The translations under genes were made by a program, and so were the position numbers. Shown piece after piece: positions 29,257 through 39,464 of a DNA stretch of 64,000 nt. Under the pieces are notes generated by a model that worked only from the letters and a program-made list of their open reading frames with translations, did not search any database and was not told where the DNA came from. Each line of letters begins with the position of its first letter. Position 1 is the first letter of the stretch. Source of the stretch: Candidatus Bathyarchaeota archaeon (GTDB taxonomy: Archaea > Thermoproteota > Bathyarchaeia > Bathyarchaeales > Bathycorpusculaceae); contig CAWEPZ010000013.1 of assembly GCA_963811105.1 (NCBI GenBank), forward strand, positions 1 through 64,000, read 5' to 3'.

Positions 29257-31132
29257 TATTCAATGATGAAGGCAAGACCGATCCGCCATTAGACGCAGTC
29301 AAAGAAACAGAACCAGTCCAATCAGTCTTCACATTATTATTAGCATCAAAAGCCGTCACCGTAACACTAAAGCCCATACCAGCATACTGAGGACTATCAA
29401 TGGTGGCAAAAACAAAATGATCCAAAACGCCCGGACTAACCGCAATCGAGCCACTTACTCCAGTATGACCACTACCATCATTCGCAGTAATAGTAACGGA
29501 ACCAACAGTGGTCAAAGTCACCGAGCTACTAGTCCAAACACCACTAACCCACCCAGAAGTTCCCGTACTTGCCGGACTAACTGACCCAGAGGAAGCAGTC
29601 AAACCCACGGAACCACTATAACTAGTCACTGTGTTACCAGAAGCATCTTTAGCCGTAACCGTCAACGAGAAAGCTGTACCAGCAGACACTGAACCAGGAG
29701 CACTAACAACAAAATGATCAAAAGCACTCGAGCTAACAGTGATTGCACTGCTTGTAACAGAAATTGAACCATCAGTCACCGTTAAAGTCTGAGATGGTCC
29801 ATGCACCAAAGTGAACCCAGAGAACGTGTGAGTGCCAATATCTCCAGCCTGGAAAGTGTACTTGCTGGTTGAAGTATAAGGTAAAGTTGCCCCAGCATCA
29901 GACGACTGGAAATAAACCAAACCAACATAATCGGTTTTGACATTGTTGTTAACGTCATAAGCCGTCACTGCAACACTGCCAAAACTTGTGCCAGAAATTG
30001 CTGAAGCAGGAACGGATATCACAAAGTGATGCAGAGCACTCGGATTAACAGTATAGGTTGCAGAAGGAAGATTAGTACCATCAGAAACAACAACCGCTTT
30101 GCCACCTAAAGTGGAAACAGGAACCGTAAATGTAGCCGTCAAACCACCCGCTGAATTCGTGTTCGGGGTATTCAAAGTAACCGGATTACCACCGAAAGTA
30201 GCCGTACACCCAGTATGCGAACCAACCATACCCGTACCCGTGACCGTTACAGTAGAACCAACCAGGCCACCAGTCGGATTCAAACTAATAGCAGAAGTCA
30301 CAGTATAGGAAGCAGAAGGAGAATTAGTACCATCATTAATAACAACTGTTTTCGCACCAGAAGTGGAAGCAGGTACAGTAAAAGTTGCACCAGTAAAAGA
30401 GCCTGAAGAATCTGTACTTGTTGTACCACTTAATGTTACGCCTGCACTGTTAAAGGTTGCAGTGATCGAGTGAGTAGCAACCAAACCAGAACCAGAAACC
30501 GAAACCGACGAACCCACATTACCCGTAGCGGGAGTCAGGCTAATGGCATGAGCTGCTCTGAATGTTGCGATGCATCCTGCATAACGGGTGGCGGGGCTTA
30601 CTGTTGTTCCGCTATATGCGGTTCCCGTAGCAGACACTATTTTTTCAAGATATGCAACGGAAGTTGAAGAATAAGCAACGCCGTCAAGTAATGTAAAGCC
30701 ATTTGTAGCTCCAGATTGTGCGCGAGCTGCTCCAACGGTTATGCCGCCTATCCACAATTCATATGGTTGAGTTGTCGCCAGTGCGGTCGTTCCCGTGCTA
30801 GTGGGTGTAGTGGTGGCTGTGTTCACTTGCGTTCGATCTAAATATGACGTTGTTGCGATCCCGCTATATTCACAAATATCAGCAACTGCGCCTCCATCTG
30901 CAGAACCTGAAAGAGCAATAGATATCGATGGGCTGGCTCCAGAACTAACTATTCCAAACCATATCTCAACATTTGAAGCGGGACTTGATGAGTGCTCGTC
31001 TATTTGAGAGCTTGAACCCCAGCTCACACCTGTTTCTGTAATACTATCAACAGTTCTTTCTGTGGAACTTGAACTACGTTGTGTGCCTATAACTGCAATC
31101 AGAACATTGCCGCTTGTTGGTGTTTGACCCAT
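29147..31132 (-). CDS. Giant surface protein 1, second fragment (Ser/Thr/Gly-rich beta-sandwich and IPT/Ig-like domains)
   Basis: ISL.P..G.VGS.V.V.G.G and LDHF.F...TVTA.DA.NN repeats; continuous with the flanking ORFs across single-base shifts. Confidence 0.85.
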   Translation of the reverse strand: MGQTPTSGNVLIAVIGTQRSSSSTERTVDSITETGVSWGSSSQIDEHSSSPASNVEIWFGIVSSGASPSISIALSGSADGGAVADICEYSGIATTSYLDRTQVNTATTTPTSTGTTALATTQPYELWIGGITVGAARAQSGATNGFTLLDGVAYSSTSVAYLEKIVSATGTAYSGTTVSPATRYAGCIATFRAAHAISLTPATGNVGSSVSVSGSGLVATHSITATFNSAGVTLSGTTSTDSSGSFTGATFTVPASTSGAKTVVINDGTNSPSASYTVTSAISLNPTGGLVGSTVTVTGTGMVGSHTGCTATFGGNPVTLNTPNTNSAGGLTATFTVPVSTLGGKAVVVSDGTNLPSATYTVNPSALHHFVISVPASAISGTSFGSVAVTAYDVNNNVKTDYVGLVYFQSSDAGATLPYTSTSKYTFQAGDIGTHTFSGFTLVHGPSQTLTVTDGSISVTSSAITVSSSAFDHFVVSAPGSVSAGTAFSLTVTAKDASGNTVTSYSGSVGLTASSGSVSPASTGTSGWVSGVWTSSSVTLTTVGSVTITANDGSGHTGVSGSIAVSPGVLDHFVFATIDSPQYAGMGFSVTVTAFDANNNVKTDWTGSVSLTASNGGSVLPSSLNIASGGAVTGAVSVSKTGTGVTLGASAGGKSGTSEWL

Positions 31133-31578
31133 TGTAACTGAGATACTGTTTGTATTGACTGATGTTCCACGTCCATTAACCCGATGCGAGCTATTGGTGG
31201 GTCTGTGAATGTTGTTGTTGCTGTGTTTGTTCCGTCTGTGGCTTTGACCGTGTAGAGTGGTGCGCCGACGGCGCCTATTTGGTAGGTTGTTTTAAAGTTT
31301 CCGTTTGCATCTGTAATACTTTTCCAAAGTGTGTTTATTCCATCGTTCTGCTTAGCGACGTTTAGATTTATGATTGTGTTGGGGAGGAAGCTTGTTCCGT
31401 ATATGGTTACGTTTTCTCCTGGGTGGTAGTCGGCTTTGTCTGTCCAAATTTTCGAGCTGTCCGCCTGCGTTTTAGGCGTTTCTGCCGAGGCAAAACCTAG
31501 TGCGATGGATCCTGAGACCATGGAAACAAGCATCAAACTAATAAAAACTATTGCAAAAATTCTTTTAAGTTTATTCAT
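31099..31578 (-). CDS. Giant surface protein 1, N-terminal fragment (signal peptide plus TDKADY Ig-like domain)
   Basis: MNKLKRIFAIVFISLMLVSMVS signal peptide; frameshift at about 31178 into NGRGTSVNTNSISVTMGQT. Confidence 0.85.
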   Translation of the reverse strand: MNKLKRIFAIVFISLMLVSMVSGSIALGFASAETPKTQADSSKIWTDKADYHPGENVTIYGTSFLPNTIINLNVAKQNDGINTLWKSITDANGNFKTTYQIGAVGAPLYTVKATDGTNTATTTFTDPPIARIGLMDVEHQSIQTVSQLQWVKHQQAAMF

Positions 31579-31891
31579 TTTGTGTTCACCGTTAATTTAA
31601 ATTTTTGAGACTGGATCGATTGAAAGAAAAGCTTGATTGGATTTGTGGCTGTGTATCCGATTTTCTTCATTTTCTCAAGTCTCACCGTTGGGAGATTTGA
31701 AAATCTGGATATAAGGGATATTTCTTGGCTGCCACATGTCAGAAAACAGAATAGTGCAAATACCGAAACAAGGCGGGAGGTTAAAAGCCCGACTATTGTT
31801 CCGCGTACGTTAACGAAAATAGCCTCTCCTAATTGTTTATTTCTCTGCATCCTTCTCTTACTTCTCCTCAGATCGTACTCGCTCAGACTAT

Positions 31892-31919
31892 TATTTAAAA
31901 CCAAGAGGAATACTGTTCC
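31892..31919 (-). promoter_or_regulatory. TATA-like box (TTTAAATA) with adjacent palindrome GGAATACTGTTCC upstream of surface protein 1
   Basis: Same arrangement as 45222-45253. Confidence 0.5.
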
Positions 31920-31992
31920 CTATGCAAAATAACCACAAAAAAAAGTTTAATCCCATTCCCTTCAGTATCTAAAAAAAATCAAATATGCCATA

Positions 31993-32038
31993 TTCAGATT
32001 AAATATATCGAATATTCAACGTTCAGATTAAATACATC
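31993..32038. repeat. 17-bp direct repeat TTCAGATTAAATA(T/C)ATC, 29-bp period
   Basis: Copies at 31993-32009 and 32022-32038 in the divergent intergenic region. Confidence 0.7.
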
Positions 32039-32963
32039 AAAAAGTCGAAGAGATTCCACAATTTCCAACAGCAAACTTGGGCATTTCTATTTCATTATCA
32101 ACCTTACTGGCAATCTGAAGTAATTATGAACTTAAGATAAAATATTAATTTAGTCTATTTTCTGCCTTCACTTTGCTGGGGGTAAGTTGATTACTCGATT
32201 TACCATTGATATCATTCCTTTGCCTAACTCAGCAAGAAATATAATCTAACCCTAAGAAAACATTCCAAACTCAGTAGGTCCCATTAAAATTAGTGTTTAG
32301 TACCGTTCAAAAAACATTCGAACTAAACGGTGTTACTAAATCTTGAAAACATGACTTAACAACTGTGCTCTGAAAGTGGAAAGAACCTTGCAAGCGAGAC
32401 TTTTTCCTGCTGATTCTTGAAACAGTATAAGCGTTAACCCAAAATCTCCCTTTTCTGCAGATATTGGTATGACTATCAAGTATCTCGATGAATTCTGGAA
32501 GCGCATGCATATCTGTTTACATAACAGTTTGAAGCCTGATGCTCTTGTCTGGTTTCTTGTCAACTCTATGAGTCTATTTAATCCTGCTAAATGGGCAAAT
32601 AACATTATTTACTAAAATATCAGAAAACTAAGCTTCACAAAGTTTGTTAATTTGACTTTGCAAAATCTACTTTGAAATTAACAATCAAGGTTTAACAGCT
32701 TTTTCAAGAAACTATAAAACAGATCAGGCATTATGAAGTTTCAAAATTAAAGAGGAGAGAGAAGAAAAAACGAATATAAAAGAAATTTCAATCAAAACAA
32801 TCGTAGACGTGCTGAAGAGACGCCCAAATAAGAGGCGAAGCTTATAATATTTATTAACACTCGCGACACAGTAGACCAATCGGAAGAGAGAAGAAAAAAT
32901 GAATAATACCAACTTTAAGAAGATGCCAAACTCCCTAGATCTCACAAAGGGGGGCAAATATTC

Positions 32964-35774
32964 TTGAAACAAAAAAGTATTGCAGCATTAGTTCTACTGA
33001 TTACTTTGATGCTAATTTCCTCAGCGTTCCAAAGCTTTTCCTTTTTATCAAATGTCGCTTCTGCAGCGACAAGTACAACTTTTGGAAACACAACTGTGGG
33101 TGATTTGACTAACTTCGCCGGAAAGGATATGGATGCAAGCAGATTCCAATTAGGCCTTAACGGTGACGTTCAAAGTCTAACTGTTTATTTCGCAGAATCC
33201 GGTTTCTATGCAAAAACAGCCGTTTACAGCGATTCAAATGGTGCTCCTGGAAGCCTAATCACTCAAAGCAGCAGCCAACTCATAAGTTCAACTGGCTGGA
33301 CCATTTTCGCAGTTCCGCTGAAATCACTTCCTGCCGGATATTATTGGCTTACATTTGTCTGTGACGGCTCAGGTGCTTCAAGTAGAATGACATCGACATC
33401 AGCCGGCTTACACACTTGGAAACACGTAGATTATTCGAGTATGTTCACCTCGACTTTTGGAACTCCAAACGGATATGAAGCTACTTCCACAAGCATTTAC
33501 GCCACAATAATTCCCAATTCCCCAAGTCCTCCTCCAACTCCAAGCCCAACACCCACCTCAACTCCCACTCCAACACCGACTCAAACATCCACACCAACAG
33601 CAACTCCCACCAAATCTCCATCACCTTCTCCAAGCCCAACTGGAATCAATTTCATCGTTGTGAATGGCGGTTCAGGATACACAACTCCACATGTTACGCT
33701 CACAGGTGGCGGCGGAATTGGTGCAACAGCAAAGGCAAGAGTCTCCCAAGGCAAAATAATCCAAGTCACATTAACAAATCCGGGTTCAGGATACACCTCT
33801 GCACCAACAGTAACCATAAGGGACTCTAGCCCACGAGCTTACGGAGCTATTGTAATTGGAACTTTCAACGGAGCACCAAATCCAACAGTAACACCTACAC
33901 CCACACCAACAGCCACACCAACGCCCACCCCGACTATTGCACCAACCCCAACGTCCACTGCAACCCCAACTCCAAAACCAACCACAAGTCCCACACCAAT
34001 ACCTACACCCACAAGTTCTCCGATGATATTTGCAGACGGTTTTGAACCTCCAGAAACCAACACACTAACCTCTTGGACCAGCAAAACCGTAGATGCACAA
34101 AACACCCTTGAAGTTTCAACTAATTACGCTGCTGAAGGCATACAATCTTTACATAGCATCGATTATGGCACTAATAATTATTGTGTAGTTGAAAAAACAA
34201 TCTCAGCTTCTGCTACTGAATACGCACGATGTTACGTATACTTCAAATCGTTTTCAAACCCAACTGGAGAAGATCCGTTCACCAGAATCATGAAACTTTG
34301 TAATAGCGGCGGTGACAGCATTGCCTGTTTTGCCATAGTAAACGATAACGGATCGCCTAAGTTTGGATTACATTATCGTGACGACAACCACGTGTTACAT
34401 TACGCAAAAATTGATTCTCCATTACCTGCACTCAATACTTGGTATGATATAGAAATAAAAGGCGTCATGAGCAGTACAGTAGGCGAAGCCCGTCTTTACC
34501 TAAACGGGGTAGAAGTTATAACTATCACTGGCATGGATAATCATTTAATGGGTTCAATGAATGACGTTTTATTTGGTCAACATCGAACTAGTGGAAGCAT
34601 AACAAGCGAAGTTTATCTTGATGCGTTAGCTGTTTCAAAAAGCCCCATTGGACCATTAGGTTCTATGCCTAATCCAACACCCACAACCACACCCATTCCG
34701 ACACCTGTGCCTACAGCAACCCCAACACCAACTCCTGGAACAGGAATAACATGGCTCCACACCTCCGGCACCCAACTCTACAACAGCAACGGCAACCAAG
34801 TAAACCTACACGCCTGCAACATCCTAGCTGACTCAACATGGAGTTCACAAGCCATCATTACGTCAACCGACATAGCCAAAATAAAATCATACGGCTTCAA
34901 CGCAGTAAGACTACACCTCGAATGGTGCTTCCTACAACCAACAAACAGCTACAGCGTAGACACAACCATCTTCACCACCGCCAAAGACAACCTAGGCGCA
35001 AGCATAGACAACATCGTACAATGGTGCGCCGACAATAACATGTATATCATATTAAATCCCCATTGGGGTTCAGGTTTCAATGCTCCAAACTGGGCTCCTA
35101 CATCAAGTGCAGGATGTATAACAGGTGATGATGGTAAAGCAGTTGACTTATTTAGAGACACCAATGTTAAAGCTGGAATATGTTATATGTACAACTATAT
35201 GGCTTCCCGGTATGCATCAAGCTCTAACGTAATTTTTGAAGGATTCAACGAACTACTAACACCCAACAACGCTGACGCAGGACAACCATTCGCCGACTTC
35301 AACAACCAATGGATAAGCGCAATAGAAACAGGAGAAGGATCAAATAACCACATAAAAATCGTTGAAGCACTGATTAATCAAGACTGGGACGTTTTATATG
35401 TAGCTCCATATGTAAATGGAAATCACGGAAATGTAATGATTGCTACACATGATTACAGTCCCATGACAGGTTGGACTGGAAGCTCAGCACAAATCACCAC
35501 TTTAAGAAACAGAATTGCAAGTCAAAAAACACAAGTTAACGCCGCGGGATTCCCAGTTATAGACACGGAATTTGGCAAGAGTCAAGATCAAAGCGCGTTT
35601 GTAACATTCTTCACAACTGAATTAACAGCATTTGCAAATAACAATTACCAAGGTTGGGCAAACTGGTGTTATTGCGGTGATCCATCAATCAATGCTGCAG
35701 GCACTGAAAAATGGAATATTAATAATCCAACTGTACAAGCCAATATCCTGCCAACCCTACAAGCGTACATGTAG
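32964..35774 (+). CDS. Secreted multidomain GH5 (cellulase-family) glycoside hydrolase
   Basis: Signal peptide, accessory beta domains and P/T linkers; GFNAVRL, FEGFNEL (acid/base), HDY and TEFG (nucleophile). Confidence 0.9.
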   Translation: MKQKSIAALVLLITLMLISSAFQSFSFLSNVASAATSTTFGNTTVGDLTNFAGKDMDASRFQLGLNGDVQSLTVYFAESGFYAKTAVYSDSNGAPGSLITQSSSQLISSTGWTIFAVPLKSLPAGYYWLTFVCDGSGASSRMTSTSAGLHTWKHVDYSSMFTSTFGTPNGYEATSTSIYATIIPNSPSPPPTPSPTPTSTPTPTPTQTSTPTATPTKSPSPSPSPTGINFIVVNGGSGYTTPHVTLTGGGGIGATAKARVSQGKIIQVTLTNPGSGYTSAPTVTIRDSSPRAYGAIVIGTFNGAPNPTVTPTPTPTATPTPTPTIAPTPTSTATPTPKPTTSPTPIPTPTSSPMIFADGFEPPETNTLTSWTSKTVDAQNTLEVSTNYAAEGIQSLHSIDYGTNNYCVVEKTISASATEYARCYVYFKSFSNPTGEDPFTRIMKLCNSGGDSIACFAIVNDNGSPKFGLHYRDDNHVLHYAKIDSPLPALNTWYDIEIKGVMSSTVGEARLYLNGVEVITITGMDNHLMGSMNDVLFGQHRTSGSITSEVYLDALAVSKSPIGPLGSMPNPTPTTTPIPTPVPTATPTPTPGTGITWLHTSGTQLYNSNGNQVNLHACNILADSTWSSQAIITSTDIAKIKSYGFNAVRLHLEWCFLQPTNSYSVDTTIFTTAKDNLGASIDNIVQWCADNNMYIILNPHWGSGFNAPNWAPTSSAGCITGDDGKAVDLFRDTNVKAGICYMYNYMASRYASSSNVIFEGFNELLTPNNADAGQPFADFNNQWISAIETGEGSNNHIKIVEALINQDWDVLYVAPYVNGNHGNVMIATHDYSPMTGWTGSSAQITTLRNRIASQKTQVNAAGFPVIDTEFGKSQDQSAFVTFFTTELTAFANNNYQGWANWCYCGDPSINAAGTEKWNINNPTVQANILPTLQAYM
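34708..35044. repeat. 337-bp near-identical block shared with the second GH5 gene (36962-37298); second patch 35238-35366 vs 37498-37626
   Basis: About five mismatches by eye in block 1; flanking sequence is much more divergent. Confidence 0.93.
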
Positions 35775-35783
35775 CAACCGTCA

Positions 35784-35824
35784 GCGAACTCGTAAACACC
35801 CGAGTTCGCAAAGTACCCTTTTTT
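35784..35824 (+). terminator. Hairpin GCGAACTCG-N8-CGAGTTCGC followed by a T-tract, after GH5 gene 1
   Basis: Perfect 9-bp stem 10 nt after the stop; T-run at about 35819-35824. Confidence 0.6.
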
Positions 35825-36552
35825 GCATAACTTTGCACGGTTTTATTGAAAAGAATATCAAAACATTTTGCATTATCATTAGATCTCCGTTCCCTAAACA
35901 TGCAAATAGTTGGAAAAATAATATTGTACCAGAAATTTTGAGAATTAACCTATCCGTTTTTGACTAGGCGATCTTTAAAAAAAACAAATTGGGGTTTAGC
36001 TCACTGGCATCGAGTTTCTGAATCAAAGCTCATCTCTTTGCCAATCACTTGTAAACAATAGCCTGATGTTGTCTTAAAAGGCGAATGCAATGCATCAGAA
36101 GCATAAAACTCGACAAGAAGAATCCCGCGATTGAAAGTAGTTACTCACCCAGTTTGCTAGATTTGGCTGGTCAAGCAAAGGTAATAATATCAATAACTAG
36201 TTCAGTTTTCGGGCCTGTTCTCCTATTAATTGCTAACGGGAACAGCGATGGCCTGAAAAGACACAAATGTTAAGAATGCTGGAATTCTATCCTTTAACAC
36301 TTGAGGTTCAGCCAAAGGGGTCAACAAGCTATATTCCCATTCAGAATGGACTTGCAAAATAAAAGATTATTTGAAAAAATGCTGAAAATGACTAGACCAG
36401 ATCAAAAAAGCATATGAAAAGAAAAGCAGTAAAGGTTAAACGAGACAAAAATCTTAATTAAGCTAAAAATAAAATTCGAGTTGGCGATTGATGACTCCAT
36501 TGATAAGCAAGCATCATAGAAAAACATTGGCTAACACGAACTTCTTTGTTTC

Positions 36553-38055
36553 TTGCGGAAGCTGTCTATAGTGGTGACAATACCTTGCATTATTAAAGGC
36601 ATATTCTATCTTTGTTTTAGTACTCAAACAATCTCTCATGAAAAATATCGATCCCAAAAAGAAGCATTGTCAACAAAATCAGCGTGGCGTTCTCTTTTCG
36701 CGACGCCTACTGTCAAACTTAGAATAAGAAAGAACAGACTCCCCACTAGGGTAATAGCAATTGTTGTTTTAATATTATTGTTCTGCATGGTAGCTTTCAC
36801 AGTTTTAGGTCCAACCGTATCTCGCCTTTTTTCGAATTCCACATCGACTACTACACCAACTGCAAATCCCAACCAAACACCAATACCAATCTCTTCACCT
36901 ACTACAAATCCTACACCAGCGACAATAGTAACTACAACCCCAACCTCAGTTCCAACATCTTTGCCTACAGCAACCCCAACACCTACTCCTGGAACAGGAA
37001 TAACATGGCTCCACACCTCCGGCACCCAACTCTACAACAGCAACGGCAACCAAGTAAACCTGCACGCCTGCAACATCCTAGCTGACTCAACATGGAGTTC
37101 ACAAGCCATCATTACCTCAACCGACATAGCCAAAATAAAATCATACGGCTTCAACGCAGTAAGACTACACCTAGAATGGTGCTTCCTACAACCAACAAAC
37201 AGCTACAGCGTAGACACAACCATCTTCACCACCGCCAAAGACAACCTAGGCGCAAGCATAGACAACATCGTACAATGGTGCGCCGACAACAACATGTACG
37301 TTATCTTCAATCTTCACTGGGGAGGAGGCTTCCAAGCACCAAGCTGGGTTCCAAAAGTAACTATGGCAAACGGATGCACAACAGGACAAGATGGCAGAGC
37401 AGTCGACATTTTTGGAGACGCGAACGTCAGAGCTGGAATTAGCTACATCTACAATTATATGGGTTCCAGATACGCAACAAAACCCAACGTAATCTATGAA
37501 GGAATCAACGAACTACTAACACCCAACAACGCTGACGCAGGACAACCATTCGCCGACTTCAACAACCAATGGATAAGCGCAATAGAATCAGGAGAAGGAT
37601 CAAACAACCACATAAAAATCGTTGAAATCCTAATAAACCAAAACTGGGACGTCCTTTACACACTCCCATACGTAAACGGAGAACACCAAAACGTAATGCT
37701 AGCCACACACGACTACAGCCCCATGACAGGCTGGACTGGAAGCTCAACGCAAATCTACATTTTAAACAACAGAATCGCTAATCAAGAAGCACAAGCACAC
37801 GCAGCTGGATTTGCCATTATATGCACTGAATTCTCTAAAAGCCAAGACCAATCCACCTTCCTGTCATTTTTCAATACCGAGCTGAATGCCTTTGCCAACA
37901 ATGACTATCAAGGATGGGCTTACTGGTGTTACTGTGCCGACCCAACGGTTAACTCATCTGGATCTTCGAAATGGAACATCTGCAACACAACTATACAAAC
38001 CAACATCCTACCTACCCTGCAAACATACATGAAACAACCTTCCGCGACCTCGTAA
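36553..38055 (+). CDS. GH5 glycoside hydrolase paralogue with N-terminal membrane anchor/signal and P/T linker (start uncertain)
   Basis: YEGINEL, HDY and TEFS catalytic motifs; hydrophobic RVIAIVVLILLFCMVAFTVLG segment. Confidence 0.88.
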   Translation: MRKLSIVVTIPCIIKGIFYLCFSTQTISHEKYRSQKEALSTKSAWRSLFATPTVKLRIRKNRLPTRVIAIVVLILLFCMVAFTVLGPTVSRLFSNSTSTTTPTANPNQTPIPISSPTTNPTPATIVTTTPTSVPTSLPTATPTPTPGTGITWLHTSGTQLYNSNGNQVNLHACNILADSTWSSQAIITSTDIAKIKSYGFNAVRLHLEWCFLQPTNSYSVDTTIFTTAKDNLGASIDNIVQWCADNNMYVIFNLHWGGGFQAPSWVPKVTMANGCTTGQDGRAVDIFGDANVRAGISYIYNYMGSRYATKPNVIYEGINELLTPNNADAGQPFADFNNQWISAIESGEGSNNHIKIVEILINQNWDVLYTLPYVNGEHQNVMLATHDYSPMTGWTGSSTQIYILNNRIANQEAQAHAAGFAIICTEFSKSQDQSTFLSFFNTELNAFANNDYQGWAYWCYCADPTVNSSGSSKWNICNTTIQTNILPTLQTYMKQPSATS

Positions 38056-38646
38056 TACCAAGTCGAAAAATACCCTCTATTTCATAAGACTCTTCACGGT
38101 TTTGCATGAAGAAAATAAGCCGTCAGCGTATCAACAGCTGAGTATGCCTCACTTTAGGCGACGTTTTCATCATTATCACTTTCGCAGTCGCATCAATTTT
38201 GATCCGAATAATAAACAATGGTGACTTAGACAATCCCCCAAACATGGCAAGCGGACTCGGACCACTAAGTAAAGTAATCAAAGACATACTAAACCTTTAA
38301 AAAAAATAAGCATGCGGAGCCAAGTTTAGGTTGCTCGCCATTCGCTGAATCTATTTGGCAGCAGAATAAATGGCAGCACAAAAAAATAGAAATATTCCAG
38401 GATAAATTGTTTGCCTAGAAAGCATCGAGTTGGGGTTGTCTGCTTTGGTATTCAGTCCTGTTTTCGGTGGTTATTTTTTCTATTGTTTTTGGCGGTGATG
38501 TCGTTAACATTAGTTTATCTTACTTTCATTTCGTATTGCGCTAAAAACTGAGTAAGAAAGAAGAAAAAGTTTTCCTGCGATCTGACAAGTTTTCTTCCTT
38601 TTGTTCTATAGAATGAGAAATTTAACGTCTTGTATATTATCGGAAG

Positions 38647-38994
38647 TTAAGTTTTTGGAAAAGGGTTATTCTCGAATGGGTAATACTTGACTCTGTTTTT
38701 ACCAGCATCTTCATTCAGCAGATCTACTATTCCTTGCTGTCTTTTAATAAACTCCATGCCTTTTGGTGTGGCTCTATAGATTTCTCTTCCGTTGCAGTTA
38801 AATTTTTCGAGAAGATTATTTTCCTCTAGAATAGAGAGGTACTTTACAAGTAGGGTAAAACTGAGGTTGGCTTTAGACTTAATTTGAGTTTTCAACGCGC
38901 CTTTTTTGGCGATGCCTGTAATTTCTGTCATTATAACAAGTTTGTCGCGCCTTTTCGGCTTATTTTCCTTTAGCTCTATTAAAGTCATTAACAA
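38647..38994 (-). CDS. Winged-helix transcription regulator (HTH_45/DUF4364-like)
   Basis: KRRDKLVIMTEI...KTQIKSKANLSF...YRATPKG pattern. Confidence 0.9.
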   Translation of the reverse strand: MLMTLIELKENKPKRRDKLVIMTEITGIAKKGALKTQIKSKANLSFTLLVKYLSILEENNLLEKFNCNGREIYRATPKGMEFIKRQQGIVDLLNEDAGKNRVKYYPFENNPFPKT

Positions 38995-39333
38995 TTTCCT
39001 TCTTTACTTCGTTTTCATAGTTAGCTTGGACGATTTTTATTATAAGGCATGTTTCGTTCGCCGCATTATTTCGGATCTTGTAATATAGGCTTTGACAAAC
39101 CAAAGATAACTGTAACTTGCATCTACAGTTTGCTGGTTTTTCATAGGGTAGTTACGCTAATACTGATCTTTCTTGAAAAAACTCGAGGAAAGAACCCAGA
39201 GTTGAAAAAAGCACTCTTATGACTTAGTCCATTCAACCAAGAGCACTTTACTAAGCATCGAACTTTGTTATTTCTGAGACATTGCTTCTGTTATTGAAGG
39301 TATTTTCGACTGCCTATCATATTTCCTATAATG

Positions 39334-39464
39334 TAACATCCTGCCAACCCCGACAAGCCTACATGAAGCGACCTTCCGCGAGCTCGTAAACACCCGAACT
39401 CGCAAACTCCCCTTTTTGCATAAGCTCACAGTCAGCAAGTTTCTGAATTAAAGCGCATCTCTTT
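39334..39464 (+). pseudogene. 3'-end remnant of a third GH5 gene with its downstream hairpin
   Basis: aacatcctgccaaccc..caagcctacatgaagcgaccttccgcgagctcgtaa matches the ends of both GH5 genes; agtttctgaat.aaagc.catctcttt also matches 36013-36039. Confidence 0.8.

Noticed and set aside
31575-32972. Short ORFs in the divergent intergenic region (31575, 31633, 32307, 32336, 32724)
   Set aside because: No recognisable features, mutually overlapping, AT-rich regulatory-looking DNA.
33520-34020. CCAACA/ACTCCA-type short tandem repeats (also 9150-9270, 34670-34735, 36840-36990)
   Set aside because: They simply encode Pro/Thr linkers.
36030-36273. 62-aa plus-strand ORF, and a minus-strand TM-plus-basic-tail-like stretch (LLSIAGFFLSSFMLL...)
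   Set aside because: Too short and interrupted to support a gene call; at most a decayed C-terminus.
34838-37442. Duplicated MEFTSHHY... ORFs at 34838 and 37092
   Set aside because: Alternative frames of the GH5 conversion tract.
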